DNA of 20,000 nt from Spirogloea muscicola (Eukaryota): contig WELB01000013.1 of the NCBI GenBank assembly GCA_009602725.1, forward strand, positions 904,030 through 924,029. Reading direction: 5' to 3'. The notes under the pieces are model-generated. The model worked only from the letters and a program-made list of their open reading frames with translations. It searched no databases and was not told the origin of the DNA. This document shows positions 19,606-20,000 of the stretch, piece by piece. How positions within the stretch are numbered: the first letter of the stretch is position 1; every line of letters starts with the position of its first letter. The position numbers and the translations under genes were made by a program.

Positions 19606-19711
19606 AGAAGAAGTTGCTCTCAAAATGTGGGCAAGGGCTGTGACAAGCCAGCCCGAACAAAGTTTGGACAAGGTTCGAAGGGGCCAAACTACGAAGGAGC
19701 CAGAAGCGCTA
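19606..19711 (-). mobile_element. Subfamily C 3'-UTR copy
   Basis: agaagaagttgctctcaaaatgtgggcaagggctgtgacaagccagcccgaacaaagtttggacaaggttcgaaggggccaaa resembles the reverse complement of 8940-9021. Confidence 0.7.
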
Positions 19712-19785
19712 TCTCAGAACGCTCACCCGATTGCTTTCTGTATGTGGTCAGTGTAAGGAAGACAACACTCGACCTGCAGCAAACA

Positions 19786-20000
19786 AGCAAGCGCGGCCAG
19801 ATTAACTGGTGGCTGGGAGAGGCCAGCCCAAAAGAATGGACAAGGTCTGAAGGAGTCGGAGTGCTAAGGACTGAGACAGCAGTAAGCGGACTCTCAGTAA
19901 CCTCTCGTCAGTAGATGCAAATCTGAGTAGCTAGCAGGCGGAAAGACGTCGCCCTGACGGAAGCCGGAGGCCGCCGCCAGAGCGCGGCCTGCGCGCAAGT
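19786..20000 (-). mobile_element. Subfamily A RLE retroelement, running off the right edge
   Basis: Minus strand LRAGRALAAASGFRQGDVFPPASYSDLHLLTRGY* plus UTR ending ...ggccgcgcttgct; links the short subfamily A repeats to the RLE ORF. Confidence 0.88.

Noticed and set aside
19844..19880. Hammerhead-like motif ctgaaggagtc...gactgagac in the repeat
   Set aside because: It is antisense to the element, the core is non-canonical (extra base, GAGA instead of GAAA), and stem II is disrupted in copies that read gcc.

Overview
Eukaryotic, intron-rich nuclear DNA; the plant-type PDR and MED25/PFT1 orthologues and GC-rich (GCC)n first exons suggest a streptophyte green alga (inference). Contents: (1) 706-6708, minus: the 5' half of a full-size ABCG/PDR transporter (N-terminal extension, NBD1, TMD1, start of NBD2; runs off the left edge), with what looks like a two-exon PDZ domain between NBD1 and TMD1. 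(2) About 6820-12200 and 19387-20000: a dense mosaic of 5'-truncated, nested and inverted remnants of a non-LTR retrotransposon family with a C-terminal restriction-like endonuclease (RLE, CRE-like). At least three 3'-end subfamilies share a GGGCTG..CAGCC(C) stem-loop; subfamily A ends at a precise terminus with no poly(A). (3) About 12299-12854, plus: a small orphan membrane-protein gene. (4) 13673-19106, minus: a complete 16-exon Mediator subunit 25 gene, immediately preceded by a GFA/CENP-V-like first exon that can be read as a uORF or as an in-frame fusion exon. All exon models were built by eye from splice motifs and reading frame, and family calls rest on recalled motifs; no searches were run.
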